Shown: piece after piece, positions 25,650 to 39,507 of the stretch | Layout: every line of letters starts with the position of its first letter | Position numbering within the stretch: the stretch's first letter is position 1 | Assembly: GCA_951406725.2 (NCBI GenBank) | Contig: OX597814.1 | Location: 98,022,001-98,086,000, forward strand | DNA from: Octopus vulgaris | Taxonomy: Eukaryota | Length of the DNA stretch: 64,000 nucleotides | Reading direction: 5' to 3' | Notes under the pieces: model-generated | Told to the model about the DNA's origin: nothing | The model's database searches: none | The model's input: the letters and a program-made list of their open reading frames with translations, nothing else | Position numbers and translations under genes: made by a program

Positions 25650-26926
25650 TAAAGGGTGCGACGGGTAAATTGTCGCTATTTTATATTTTTAATTTCGCAC
25701 ATGATCATTGTTTGCTTTTGATTCTGTCGACTACAAAGCATAGTAGGTTCAATTGGGCACAGTTTGTGAGAAAAACAGCACTATGACGCAATTGACTCTG
25801 CCAAAAATTTGGAAACGGTATGCTGTAACGCTTGGCATTTGCGCCGGAAGCTCCAATACGAACATTTCAGAGTGTTTGGGTGTCAATCTGAGAACTGTGT
25901 AGAGGATTCGGAAAGAATTGGATGAGTCCAATAGTGATTACGAAGGTACAGCAGCTCAGAAAACTCACTCTGATCGTTCTGATTAAAAAAAAAAAGAACT
26001 CCTGAATTTGTTGGTGAGATTCCAGGCCATGATTGACAACAATTCTTCCAAGTCAATCAGGTCTATCTCCAGAGACATGGGAGTGTCTGAGTTTCTTATC
26101 AGGCAGGTAGTGTATCAAGACATTCGGTATTCTTCATAAAAAATTAGAAAGGGCTCATTTGTATCCCAAGCCATCAAGCATAAAAGGAAAGAACGTGCTG
26201 CAAAGCGTTTGAACAAATTCAAGCTTCCTCTCTAACCGAAAATGTTTTGACTTTTCTCAGACGAGAAAAAATTCTGCCAGGATCAGATGGCAAACACTCA
26301 GAACAACGGTTGGCTTGCCGTGTCTCCAAAACATGTACCAAGAGTGATAAAAATCAAACATCCAGTCAACATCATGGTGTTTGGAGTGATCACTAGTGAT
26401 GGCGACGTTATGCCCCTATTCAACTTCTTACACGGCCTTAAACTCAACACGGAGGCCTACATCCAGTGCCTGGAGGAGGTAGTGCTGCCCTGGGTGAAGA
26501 GGGTGGCTGCTGGAAGACCCTATGTCTAGCAACAGGACTCTTCACCATGCCACACAAGCAGGAGAACCCAGTCATGGTTGTCAGACAATTTCTGCGACCA
26601 CATCACCACTAATATCTAGCCACCTAACTCCCAGACTAAATCCTCTTGAGTATTATGCGTGGGGCGCAGTTGAGCGAGAGACTAACAAAGCTCCTTGTAA
26701 CACCAAAGAGGAACTGAGGCAAGGATTATAGCAGTATTCACCAACTTAAACATGGAAACCGTTCAAAAGAGATGCAGAAGATTCTGAAGTCGTCTGGAGG
26801 CCGTGGTCGAAGGCGATGGTAAATTTATTGAATAAATTTACTCTTTAGTATTTCAAGATGTTTTTATGTAATTTTGGTAAATATATCTACATAATTTAGA
26901 CGACAATTTATTCCTCGAACCTTCTA
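25650..26926 (+). mobile_element. Full-length inactive maT/DD37D-like Tc1-mariner transposon
   Basis: FSDEKKF, MVFGVITSDG, QQDSSPCH, PPNSPD.NPLEYY with 37-residue spacing; imperfect TIRs containing taaattgtcg, TA flanks. Confidence 0.88.
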
Positions 26927-26946
26927 TACACACACACACGCACGCG

Positions 26947-27050
<104 letters not shown>

Positions 27051-27757
27051 CACGCTGTAGCTTCCAGTCAATAAGCAAATATTAAAACGGGACCAGTGCA
27101 CTGATTTGTCCCAGGGTCTATAACGTTGCTAAGACTGCTTTGAGGGGATCCAACATGGTTTGCTACGCTACCGTGCTATGCTGTTGTACACTATACTGTA
27201 ATGTATTATTCTATAATGATCAAATGGATGAAACGATTGGCTAACAGACAAAGAAAACAGTCTACTTTGTCAGTCCATAACCGTGAGTTCATAACCGTGT
27301 TTTTCTATACATGAGGCAGGTGATAAGCTTAAAAGATTATCAACTCAGTTACTTGAGATATTCACATTATCTATTTTACAAGTATGAAAATGGAATACGA
27401 TATTGTATCATAATAATATTTTAAAATTACATGTTTTTTAATTGTTTGTACAATCGTGCTTGTGTTTTTTTCTGTTTTTTTTTTAAGCAATACAGTACTC
27501 ATTTCTGTGATTCTATACCATTTAATAAGTGTAAATGGTACAGAATCACAGAAGGTAAATCTTCGCTTTCGCAAACTAACGAATGACTGGTCAGTTTTAC
27601 AATAGAGCTGCTGTTTACACTACGAACTAAACCAAGCGTGGCACTTAAATAACTCCTAGGTAGACTCGATCATTCAGATTAAATTGGTTTTGTCGGAGGT
27701 ACAATATACTGTTGTTAACTAGTTGTCAGGTACCCAATCAACTTAGCAACACTCGTG

Positions 27758-27799
<42 letters not shown>

Positions 27800-27934
27800 A
27801 CCTCATACACATACACACACACACACATATGTATATAAACACTGTACATTCATATATGTATAAACACAATACATATATATACACACACACACATTTATAT
27901 ATATGTGTATATATATATTTATATATTTAAAAAA

Positions 27935-29063
<1,129 letters not shown>

Positions 29064-29071
29064 CACATACA

Positions 29072-29284
29072 TTCTTTTCTTTTATTCTTTTACTTGTTTC
29101 AGTCATTTGACTGCGGCCATGCTGTAGCCCCGCCTTTAGTCGAAGAAATCGACCCAAGGACTTATTCTTTGTAATCTTAGTACTTATTCTGTCGGTCTCT
29201 TTTGTCGAACCGTTACGTTTCGAGGACGTAAACATGCTAACATCGATTGTCAAGCGATGGTAGGGGGACAAACACACACACACA

Positions 29285-29335
<51 letters not shown>

Positions 29336-29425
29336 ACGACGCGCTTCTTTCAGTTTCCGAATATCAAATCCACTCCCAAGGCTTTAGAAGAGGCTATAGA
29401 GGCTATAGAAGACACTTACTCGAGT
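29072..29425 (-). mobile_element. SINE family A (5' truncated)
   Basis: Family A body and tail. Confidence 0.85.
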
Positions 29426-29491
29426 AGCCTTTATATATATACATATATATATGTAAGCACTGTATATACAAACACACATATATAAACATAC

Positions 29492-29547
<56 letters not shown>

Positions 29548-29655
29548 GCACATACATACATATATACATATATACATATATATCTACATACATATATATA
29601 CATATGCATATACATCTATATATATATATATATATATACATATACAAATATATAC

Positions 29656-29688
<33 letters not shown>

Positions 29689-30404
29689 GATAGATAGATT
29701 GATAGATAGATACATATATATATACACATACATATGTACATATACATATATATACATATTGTATATACATATATATACTGTATAATCAAAATATGCAACA
29801 AGAAGTAATGCAGTACGATCGTTTCATGTAACTCCATTTAATTGAACAATGCAATAATTAAATCAATTTAAAATGTAGAGCAATATTCAGCTGCACAAAG
29901 ACATAGAATTTGATCAAAATAGAACAGATGTACACATTAGTATAATTATACCTAAAATCTCCAAGAAGTTAAGGAGATAGACAAAGAACATGTTGTCTCT
30001 ACTTCAGCATAGAAGTTACTAAAATTATCAAGAAGACTCTGCCTGCTAGTGATTTTTTGTCTTAATGGGGTCAGTTTTAATTTATAGACTAGTTTATCAA
30101 ATCCCTTGTATATCTAAGGCTGAGATAAAAAATCTACATCGTGGATTTTTCAGGCTAATATATGTAAATTTATATCGCCTACTCCTCAGTATAACCGGGC
30201 TTCTGCGGCCGATAGATTTTAATTATTTGTGCGTGAGTTTTGGAACGTAACACCCGTGATACTCGAGGGATTACTGTATTGTGATTAATGACACTGAAAA
30301 TATAAATAAATGAGGCTAATTTAATGTGCTAATAATTTTAATGAATCAAGTATCGATTTGATACTTACTGTATACCTATTTATACCTCACTGTATATATA
30401 TATA

Positions 30405-30606
30405 TTTCGTTTTTGGATTTGGTTTGCAAGATTCCTTATGTAAGTTCGTGTGTTGAAGCATATTCTATTGTGTCTTAAGGAGAGTCATTCTCTTTTGGTG
30501 CCTTAATGATTTTAAGAAAATAAAATCGAAATAAGTGGAAATTTTACTGGTGAGTGTGTTAAATTATAAGGCACCAAAAGAGAATGACTCTCCCCAGACA
30601 CAACAG

Positions 30607-30608
<2 letters not shown>
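30405..30608. repeat. Fold-back repeat (~50 bp inverted arms), related to 57470-57810
   Basis: ggagagtcattctcttttggtgcctta / taaggcaccaaaagagaatgactctcc. Confidence 0.8.
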
Positions 30609-30638
<30 letters not shown>

Positions 30639-30646
30639 AATGTATA

Positions 30647-30713
<67 letters not shown>

Positions 30714-30836
30714 CATATATGTTTGTCATATATTTTAGCGATATATTATATAGTATCGATTTTTGTGTTTCTTAAATGGCTTATAAACACCTCCACGCTA
30801 ATTGTTTTCGTTTCATATATATATAGTACATCTCCG

Positions 30837-30895
<59 letters not shown>

Positions 30896-30976
30896 CATGT
30901 ATATATTTATATATACATACATATACATACATATTCATACATACGTATATACATATACATATATACACACACACAC

Positions 30977-31012
<36 letters not shown>

Positions 31013-31586
31013 GAACATGCGTGTATATGCACACACACACACACGCACATGGTGAAAATATAAATAAAACGAAGACGAGGTAAAAGACAAACAAACAAAT
31101 GTATATTAGGTTTATGCTCAGGAAATTGGAGAAATTCGAAGGAATATATATATAAATATATGCTACATAAATAAAAGTATCTGTTTGTATGTAAGTGGCT
31201 GACACTTTTTCTAATCGACGCTGCTAAAGTATAGTTTACAATTCTATAATACATGGGATAATTCAGTAGATAGAATTAATTTCTAACTGAGGTACAAGGC
31301 CACATATTTTGGATGTCTTTAACAGTTAATTATATCGATCCAGTACTTGATTAGTTCTTACTGAACCGGCTTCGACTTTACCGTTCCTACTGAGCCGGAT
31401 TTCCAGAGGTTGGGACTGGTGTTACCTGCGCCCCGACCAGGAATGCTAGATTGTATTTCATGGGCTACGTCAAAGAGTGGGGAAAAATATACTTCACTGA
31501 AATCGCTTTTCAGAATGAAATAATTTACTGTTAAAAAGAACAAACAAACTAAGCACAAGAACTTTACTATTTCACACGTGGTTCAA

Positions 31587-31986
31587 TCTCTCTCTATATA
31601 AAGCTGATGTTGTCTGTATATGGCAGGTTCCGTATATGGTAGCCTTCAACTAACACTATATCCTCCGAGACCCTACGGCGCAAGTTGACCAAAATTGAGA
31701 GTATGATAGAAGACGGCTTGCTCTTCCTTCCGTAGAAGAAAAAATTCAAATCGGACCATGTTAACACCAAAAATTATTTACATCAAAAAGGTGCTTTTTT
31801 TCTATGAAAATCTCTATTTTTTACGATTTTTTTGACTGCTGTGTCGCCATTTTTCGGTGTATTTCAACCAGAAAAATGTTCACTTAAAGAGAATAACAAG
31901 CTACATAATGCAAAATTTTTACTTTTCAAAAATTCTAATTCTAAAGGGTCGAAACAAAGTCGAGCAACGCCGAGCGATACTGCTAG
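31587..31986 (+). mobile_element. Non-autonomous Helitron
   Basis: A|TCTCTCTCTATATAAAG 5' end, subterminal imperfect hairpin gtcgagcaacgccgagc, 3' CTAG|T. Confidence 0.78.
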
Positions 31987-32211
31987 TTTTAAAATAAATA
32001 TTAAAGTTTTTTTCATTTTTATCTTCAAATTTGATAATACTTTTGTTGGTGTTTGCAAAAATTAATCAAACATTTTCTTGTGGTGCAAGATATGAAAAAT
32101 GGTTAGGAATCACTTGACAGAGTCTTGTGATACAAAAAGAAAGGAAAGAAAATTAAAGAGTTTCACTGGTATATGAAGCACACACGTAATCGGTTGATAT
32201 GTCGAGCAACT

Positions 32212-32284
32212 GATTCCATAGTGTAGTCGTAATCACGTCTGCCTAACACACAGAAGGTTGTGAGTTCGATTCTCGCTGGAACCT
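32212..32284 (+). tRNA. tRNA-Val(AAC)-like gene or pseudogene
   Basis: gattcca/tggaacc acceptor (1 mismatch), D arm gtgtagtcgtaatcac, anticodon arm tctgc ctAACac acaga (1 mismatch), T arm gtgag ttcgatt ctcgc, TTTT just downstream. Confidence 0.8.
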
Positions 32285-32294
32285 GATTTTGAAT

Positions 32295-32466
32295 TAAGAC
32301 GGAGAACTGGCAGAATCGTTACCGTGCCAGAAAAAAAATGTTTACCGGCATTTCTTCTTACTTTATGTTTCATCCTTTCGAGATCGGTAAAATAAGTACT
32401 GAAGTCGATGTAATTGACTTATCCCCTTCCCCGAAATTGCTGGCCTTGTGTCAAGATTCGAAACCA
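32295..32466 (+). mobile_element. SINE family B (internally deleted)
   Basis: ctggcagaatcgtta head, tttcatcctttcgagatcggtaaaataagtac core. Confidence 0.75.
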
Positions 32467-32694
32467 GTTGGGTGATATACCTAAATTCAACACTGCTTAT
32501 ATGTGAGTGAAAAGATTACAGTTATGTCAAGAGAGATTTTATTTAAAAAGCAATAAACAGGATATTCTAACAACATTTCATAGTAACAAAATAGAAATCG
32601 AAAAGAATTACTGAAAATATATGAAATTAAATGAAAGAGAAAAAAAAACGACAAAAAACAATATTTGTAAACTTATATTTGTAAATAAATATTC

Positions 32695-32868
32695 TTTCGT
32701 TTCCGGTATTGGTTTGCGGCCGGAAACCATCGCCTTAAAGGGTTTACTCGGACAAATCGACTCCAGTAGTTTTTCTTCTTAAGTCTGACTCTTATTTCAT
32801 TGGTTTATTTTACTGAACCTCTAAGTTACGGGAACGTGAACAAATCAATACCGTTTGTCAAGCTGTAA

Positions 32869-32943
<75 letters not shown>

Positions 32944-33098
32944 GGATTTCTATACAGTTTCTGTCTATCAAATTGATTCACAGGACATTGGTCATCTCAG
33001 TTCCATAGCAGAAGACACTTTTCCAAAGTGGCATGCAGTGAGACTGAACCTGAAATCAACTCGTTGCAAAGTGAACTTCTTAACTATACAGCCATGCC
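32695..33098 (-). mobile_element. SINE family A (diverged)
   Basis: gaacctctaagttacggg and gaagacacttttccaaagtgg blocks. Confidence 0.75.
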
Positions 33099-34084
33099 TA
33101 ACTAGACCAGATTAAGAGAGGAAAAGAAAACAAACAAAAATCCTGCAACCCAAAACGAAACAACAACAAAAAAAGCATAATTACTTACACCGAAACTGGT
33201 TTTGAATTGATTCAATAAGAGATATATATTTAATCCAACGCAGAACATGATCAAAATTCCTATAAGTGTTTTCGCCAGAGGAAAGATATGTCTGTAATGC
33301 TAGTTGACTGAAGGGAAGAAAGGTAATATCAGTAATGCTGCCTTACTGAAAGAATAAATACTAGAGCGGTGACAAATTACAGAATATATGCTGTAACATG
33401 CTACTACACAAATATAATAGAAAAAAACAAACAAACCGCAAACAAATATTAACGTCACCTGAATAACGACTTGTCAAAATGAGATCTTCAGCGATTACGA
33501 GGTGAGCTGTTAATATGAAGTTATTTCTTGGCCGTTGCTTGTCGATTAAAAGGTAAGCTTCCAGTGACCCGAATTCGTGATCCGGTTTCCTGTCCCGGTT
33601 AAAGCTATTTCGCGCCCGTTACGACGATAACTGTATTGGGAAAGGCATCAACATCACTTAATGAGATGGTGGTGATTTTGCTTTTGTAAGCATTACCTTA
33701 ACTTTTGTTTGATGATTTTTATATTAGAGAGAGAGGGAGAGAGGGAGAGAGAGAGGGAGAGAGGGAGAGAGAGAGGGCAGAGAGAGGGGGAAAGGTAGGG
33801 AGGTGGTGGAAATTAAAGTTTTTCATATACCTACTTCTCTTACAATCCAAGTAGGGAAATGCTCCTTAGGACCTTTGGCAATTTCCACCAGTTGAGTCGA
33901 TAAGTAAGCTAGTATACCGTTTCAGCTTTAGGAATGGCACGTTTTGGCATAACCATTTTGGCGCCGCCTACATCGTTGATTTTGTTTTAAACCAAATCTA
34001 AACGGAACAAAGCTTCACTGCCACAACTTTATATGGATTCACTAATATATAAGATTGATACTTAAGCGACTCAGATGGTTAAGA

Positions 34085-34560
34085 ATAGTAATGTTTATAT
34101 GCCACAAAATGTGACAGTCCTATAAAGGACGATGTTACTGTTGTTTTAGCCCCAGGAAAACATCTTTTCCAGCTGGCTATCGACACAGAGTTTGTGTCCG
34201 TATAGCATTTACAAAGGAGGTCAGCCTTATGTGATACTCACAGACCTAGGTTTCTGAATGTTATCCATCTTCAGTGTGAGACCACCATAAGCTAGTGATG
34301 AAAGCTTCCTCTATTTGAAAATACTGTCTTTTTTTAAGCGACACACAGTCGATGGGCTTGTATAGAGAAAAACAACTCATTTTAAATCTCTGAGCGAGAG
34401 ATATACAGTAACAATACAGGATAGTAATGTTTATATGCCAACAGAATGTGGCAGTCCCTTAAAGAACGATGCTACTGTTGTTTTAGCCCCAGGAAAACAT
34501 CTTTTCCAGTTGGCTATCTACACAATTTGTGTCCATATAGCATTTGCAAGGGAAGTTTGC
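34085..34560 (-). mobile_element. Retrozyme-like partial tandem repeat (336 bp period, ~1.4 copies)
   Basis: 34085-34222 repeats at 34421-34557; unit contains an intact HHR and several hairpins. Confidence 0.78.
34237..34280 (-). ncRNA. Intact minimal type I hammerhead ribozyme
   Basis: CTCACA CTGAAGA TGGA taaca TTCA GAAA CCTAGG TC TGTGAG: perfect 6 bp stem I, complete core, palindromic stem III, GUC site. Confidence 0.92.
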
Positions 34561-35099
34561 TGTTACTGTATATAGTCTTGCTTACTTAACCACTGTAAAA
34601 CTTCTGCAAAAGCAATATAAGGTGGAGTTTTGGAATGGCTAATCCTTCGAAGCCCTTTGCCCCAAAGGGAAGGTGAAAAATGTTTCTTCTCTTTATTTTT
34701 TTTTTTTAGTATTCCTTACGCTTGTATTTATTTATCCTCATCATCATTTCTTTATATCGTTTAAGATTGAATCAAATATTAACAAATTAATTTCAGAAAG
34801 ATAACTTGAAATAGAAAACTCAACCAGTCATGAATATATATAATTATTATAGCTCTCATAGACACAAACTTGTACTTATTTAGCCATCTAAATGGAGGAA
34901 GTTTCTTAACCATCTTAGTTGCTTAAGTATCAATCTTATATATTAAGTACCTGATTTAAGCCGCTCAAGCGGCTCGCAGTAGATCTTTGTTATCGTTTGC
35001 TTTGGGCTTAAAAGTTCAAAGTGGACTAAACATTTCATATCTCACCAAACAGATAACAACACCTTATGTGGATGAAGACTTTCTTTAGCCTGGGGTTCC

Positions 35100-35487
35100 G
35101 GTTTTTCTCTCTTTCCTATCCACTGTCTTCGGCACTTGACATTTTTATGGAGAGCCTATTTCTCATCATCAGTCACTATTCGGTCCCAAAAAAGGTTCAT
35201 TCATGAGATGTGAGAGAAAAGAAGCACACGCGATTAGACTCCGTTGTCTTGCCTGTATTGAACTTATAAAGCAAAATATGCCGAATATACTCCTTTGTTA
35301 AGTCCATTTTAGCTTGGAAAAGATAACTGTTAAAATTGAACTGTACTCTTCAAAACTTGCACTAAGAATAAGTACAAGGTAAAATTACTACCTGATTTTA
35401 TAGTAAGCTGATACAGGTAGTTTATCCTGCCCCCCTCTGACATTTAATTTAAGCAATTGAAGAAACAGCATTATCTATGGGATGACC

Positions 35488-35489
<2 letters not shown>
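35100..35489 (-). mobile_element. Mariner 5' end, same family as 3739-4632
   Basis: TIR tggtcatcccatagataatg; MDLTKEYIRHILLYKFN start; matches 4400-4630. Confidence 0.85.
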
Positions 35490-35565
<76 letters not shown>

Positions 35566-35681
35566 TCATATATATAAATATATAAATACACATATACATA
35601 TATACATATATATATGCATATATATACATATATAAACATACACATATATATGCATACATATATGCATACACATATACATTT

Positions 35682-35720
<39 letters not shown>

Positions 35721-35841
35721 TATATACATATATCTGTACATATTATATACATAGATATATAATTATATATATACGTGTATATATATATATATATATATGC
35801 ATCCTATATATATATACATCCTATATATATATATACATCCC

Positions 35842-38008
35842 AGATGTCACACTATTAACCCGGTTATCGAACTCGAACTCGATGTGTGACGCACTCATAG
35901 TACATCTAAAGCAACTTGATGTAGTGATATGCACTCTATATCGCCCACCTGATGCTTCAAATCATGATGGAAAATTTGAGGAAAGCCTCAGTGCGATAAA
36001 GGAAGTATTCACAGAAATGGATCGACGTACTATTTTATTCCTGATGGATGACTTCCATCTCCCCAACGTCAGGTCGCCTGAAGGCAATATAACCCCAGGA
36101 ATGACGCACAAAGAGCGAAATCAAACAGAATCTCTACTTGATCTTACGAAAATGCTATTCATAGAGCAGATCATACTCTCTCCAACCAGGCACAAAAATA
36201 TCCTGGACGTCTGTTTTAGAAACAATATGGAAAGTATTCACAATGTAAATACATCATCGACAATATTCTCAGACCATAACATGATAGAACTGACAATGTG
36301 TGGCCTGGAATTAACTAAAGATAAACTCTGCACAGATGTCCCAGAGAAGGGAGCCAATTCACTCAAAAACACCATTCCCCGAGACAAGAGAATACTCATG
36401 CGGCGGAGAATAAAGATCTCGAATCGTTTAAATAAACATCTTAATGACAGTGTGAAAATCCACCTGGCGAAATTAAACTCAAAATCTCCCATGAAAAAGA
36501 AAGAGAAGAAAGAGAAACCTGGGCAGTCAAAAATGTAAAAAGAAATCCTAAAGCCTTCTACACGTTGGCAAATGAGTCTGCCTCAGTACGCTATAAGATA
36601 AGGCCACCATTTGGTAAAAACGGCTCACTAACTGCAGACCCACGAAAAATAAGTGAATCACTAATAAACAATTCCGAAGTGTTTTCACTTCACTGGAAAA
36701 TATGCAAATAAACAAACCGAAGGAGCTTTTCAATGTAATGAATCTATTCGGAAAAGAGGCAACCATCGATTACATCAACATAACAGAAGAGGATGTAATA
36801 TCAGCCATTGATGAGATGAAATCAAACTCACCAACACGCCCAGGTGGACTACCAGCTGTTCTCTTAAAGACATGTAAAAAGGCCCTTGGAAAACCATTGC
36901 AGATAGTCTTTCATAGTTTCGTTGCATGTGGTACACTTCCCAACATGCTTAAAGAGGGTATAATATGGCCTGTCCCTAAAGGAGGGAGCAGAGCTGATGT
37001 TAAAATCTACAGGCCAATCTCTCTGACCTCGCATGTTAACAAGACAATGGAACGCATTGTCAGAAAAAGGCTGATCACTTTCCTAGAAGAAAACCTCACA
37101 AACACGCAACATGGCTTCCGTCCAGGGAGGAGCTGCCTCACACAGTTGCTGCAGCACTTTGACTGGGTATTGAAGCAACAGCTAAACCAGTCAGCTGTAG
37201 ACGTGATAATCCTCGACTTTGCCAAAACTTTCGACAAGGTTGATCAAGGCATGATATATATATATATATATATATTTGAGGAGACCCCCTTCGGTCATGA
37301 ATAACCATGGGATTGCACCTAGAAAGTTACCCTCCAATTCACAAGTCCGGGCAAGGTTGTTTGTGGAAGGCCAGCAGTCGCCCATGCATACCAGCCTCCC
37401 CTCTCCATGCTACCGATGTTATCCAAGGGAAAGGCAAAGGCCGATACAGCTTGGCACCAGTGATGTCGCAACTCATTTCTACAGCTGAGGTAACTGGAGC
37501 AACGTGAAATAAAGTGTCTTGCTCAAGAACACAACACGCAGCCAGGTCCGGGAATCGAACTTACAACCTCATGATCGTAAGCGCGACGCTCTAACATGTG
37601 GAAAATAATGGAGGGTCTGGCATCAATTGTGGGAATTGAAATCTATAACAACCCCCGAACTGGACGGCACTGCACAATACCAAAGGCCCCGTCATCTCCA
37701 TCGAGGATACGAACCTAATATTGTAATAGTTTGGGATTCAAGGGACCACAACTTTTTAATAACCTACCACAGAACATCAGAACATCAGGGATCTGCAAGG
37801 TATAGAATATTAGTCTTCAAAAAACGCCTAGAAACTTTTTGTCTGCAATTCCAGATGAACCCACATGGTGGCAGGAGGCACAAAGAAGAGCGGCAACGTC
37901 CAACTCGCTACTTCACCAGAAGCAATACTGGAAAACTTCCCGGACGCAGTAAAGGGCTTGCACCAGCATGGCCTCAGCCTCTGGCTGAAACCCATAAAAG
38001 ATAAAAAA
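35842..38008 (+). mobile_element. CR1-group LINE ORF2 (APE C-terminal half, RT N-terminal half, 3' tail); RT core deleted
   Basis: LYRPP, SPTRHKNILD, FSDHN; YRPISLTS, QHGFRPGRSC, LDFAKTFDKV; resumes at ~37596 with GPQLFN and PDEP. Confidence 0.92.
37275..37595 (-). mobile_element. SINE family C variant at the LINE deletion junction
   Basis: gttcgattcccggacc...gtgttcttgagcaagacact; head start missing. Confidence 0.85.
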
Positions 38009-38626
38009 TAAATATTTATACGTATATTTAATCTTTTATGTGCTTCAGCCAGGTGGCCGTGGTCATGCTGGAGCACCACCATGATTTTTCACGCTTTATT
38101 TGTGTACCCTCTCCACAATCCTTCCGTGGTTCCTCTCTTCCGACTAATGCGATCCCATCAAAATTGTCGATGGCCCATCTGGTGTATGATGGAATTTAAC
38201 ACTGCTGCCCCTCAACTGTGCCTCATATCGAGCCATTAGTTCGTCTGGTATTGTAGTATTGTGCGAATGAGTATAAGTTTAAAAACGGTGTCTAACTTGT
38301 CCAGATGTGGCCTGACGAGTTCACAGGAGCGGATGAGCTCTTTCTTTATTCGTTCTATCTGCGCCTATATATACGTATCAATCTCACGTCATAAAGAAAG
38401 TTGTAACACGGTCGAGATGGCAACCTGGAAGGACACAGAAATAGACCTATACCGCAGGGCTTGGGTTGCTGCCAAAAATTATCCACCCAATAATGTGATT
38501 ACTGCAGCCTTGAAAAACGATGGATTCAACAGGACCGAATCCATCTTTTAAATAAAGCATATTACTCTACCTCTGGTATTTGAGCACTCTTTTTTCCACC
38601 TTGTTTCACATTTATGTGCTTTCTCC

Positions 38627-38657
<31 letters not shown>

Positions 38658-38662
<5 letters not shown>

Positions 38663-38912
38663 TCACCATACTAATATGGCAGTCTATAAATAAAAGACTA
38701 AAGCTGTCGCTGATTAGATCCAAGAGGCCACCGCCTCTAGCTAGCTATATGACACACGAACCTGCGCCCATTACAACCTTCGAACAGGGGAGGTCAGCCG
38801 CTTCACCTTGCTAGTCAGACATCTGCAGACATGTTTCAGGGTTGTTGCACTTTATCAATGCAACATAGTCAGAACCAGCAGGTGTCGTTACTGACCGTCT
38901 GTTCGAAGATTT
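38658..38912 (-). mobile_element. HHR-bearing repeat ending in (TA)n (second copy at 53111-53310)
   Basis: 38658-38853 is the reverse complement of 53111-53308 with few differences. Confidence 0.85.
38824..38862 (-). ncRNA. Decayed type I hammerhead ribozyme
   Basis: TGCA tTGATaA AGtG caacaa CCCT GAAA CATG TC TGCA; the 53111 copy has stem II AGGG/CCCT. Confidence 0.7.
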
Positions 38913-39220
38913 TATTTACCTAGTTACAGTGGAATACATCCACTTGTTTTCAATAATAGAAATATTAAAATTACTAAGTCTCTCTAAAGGAGCCTCCATT
39001 GAGTGGATGTAGAGGTTTTCAAACGTAAACTTGACCTCTGGCTCACCGAGATCCCGGATGAGTCAATATCTAAGCAAGAAATTCAAAAGAGGGCAGTAAC
39101 ATCAAACTCTACTCTTCACCAAAAACCGCTCCGAAAAAGGTGGAAAGTGGAAAGATGATCACAATGGCGGTGTTCCAGCATGGCCACAGTCATTGGACTG
39201 AAATATATAAAAGAATAAAA

Positions 39221-39274
<54 letters not shown>

Positions 39275-39437
39275 GTGTATATATATGTGTGTGTAGGCAC
39301 GTGTGTATGTGTGTGTGTTGGTGTGCGTGCGTGTATATATGTGTGTATATAGTATTTGTGTGTTCTAGGACACGCCATATATTATTCATATATAAGTACA
39401 TTAAAGGCGAAGTATATATATATATAATATATATATA

Positions 39438-39507
39438 TAGACTGCAGTTTCGCCTATTTCAGCAATAAAAATAATATTTATTTACTCAGGTAGGCTCTTC
39501 AGTAAGA
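39438..39507 (-). ncRNA. Type I hammerhead ribozyme, copy truncated at the cleavage site
   Basis: Same core as 39839-39911 but followed by (TA)n immediately after GTC. Confidence 0.85.

Larger units (their letters stand above)
33985..35012. mobile_element. MITE-like element with long inverted ends enclosing the ribozyme repeat
   Basis: 34043-34085 is the near-perfect reverse complement of 34903-34945; weaker pairing of 33985-34022 with 34977-35012. Confidence 0.65.

Noticed and set aside
30120-30197. Minus-strand CTGAGGA gt aggc...gcct GAAA as a hammerhead
   Set aside because: Extra bases before stem II and no stem I pairing.
33577-33658. Minus-strand TTGATGC ctttccc...gggacag GAAA CCGG as a hammerhead
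   Set aside because: Several core positions and the UH site deviate; not supportable from one copy.
38305-38345. CTGACGA gttc acag gagc GGAT GAGCTC as a hammerhead
   Set aside because: GAAA is missing and there is no stem I; at best a heavily decayed relic.
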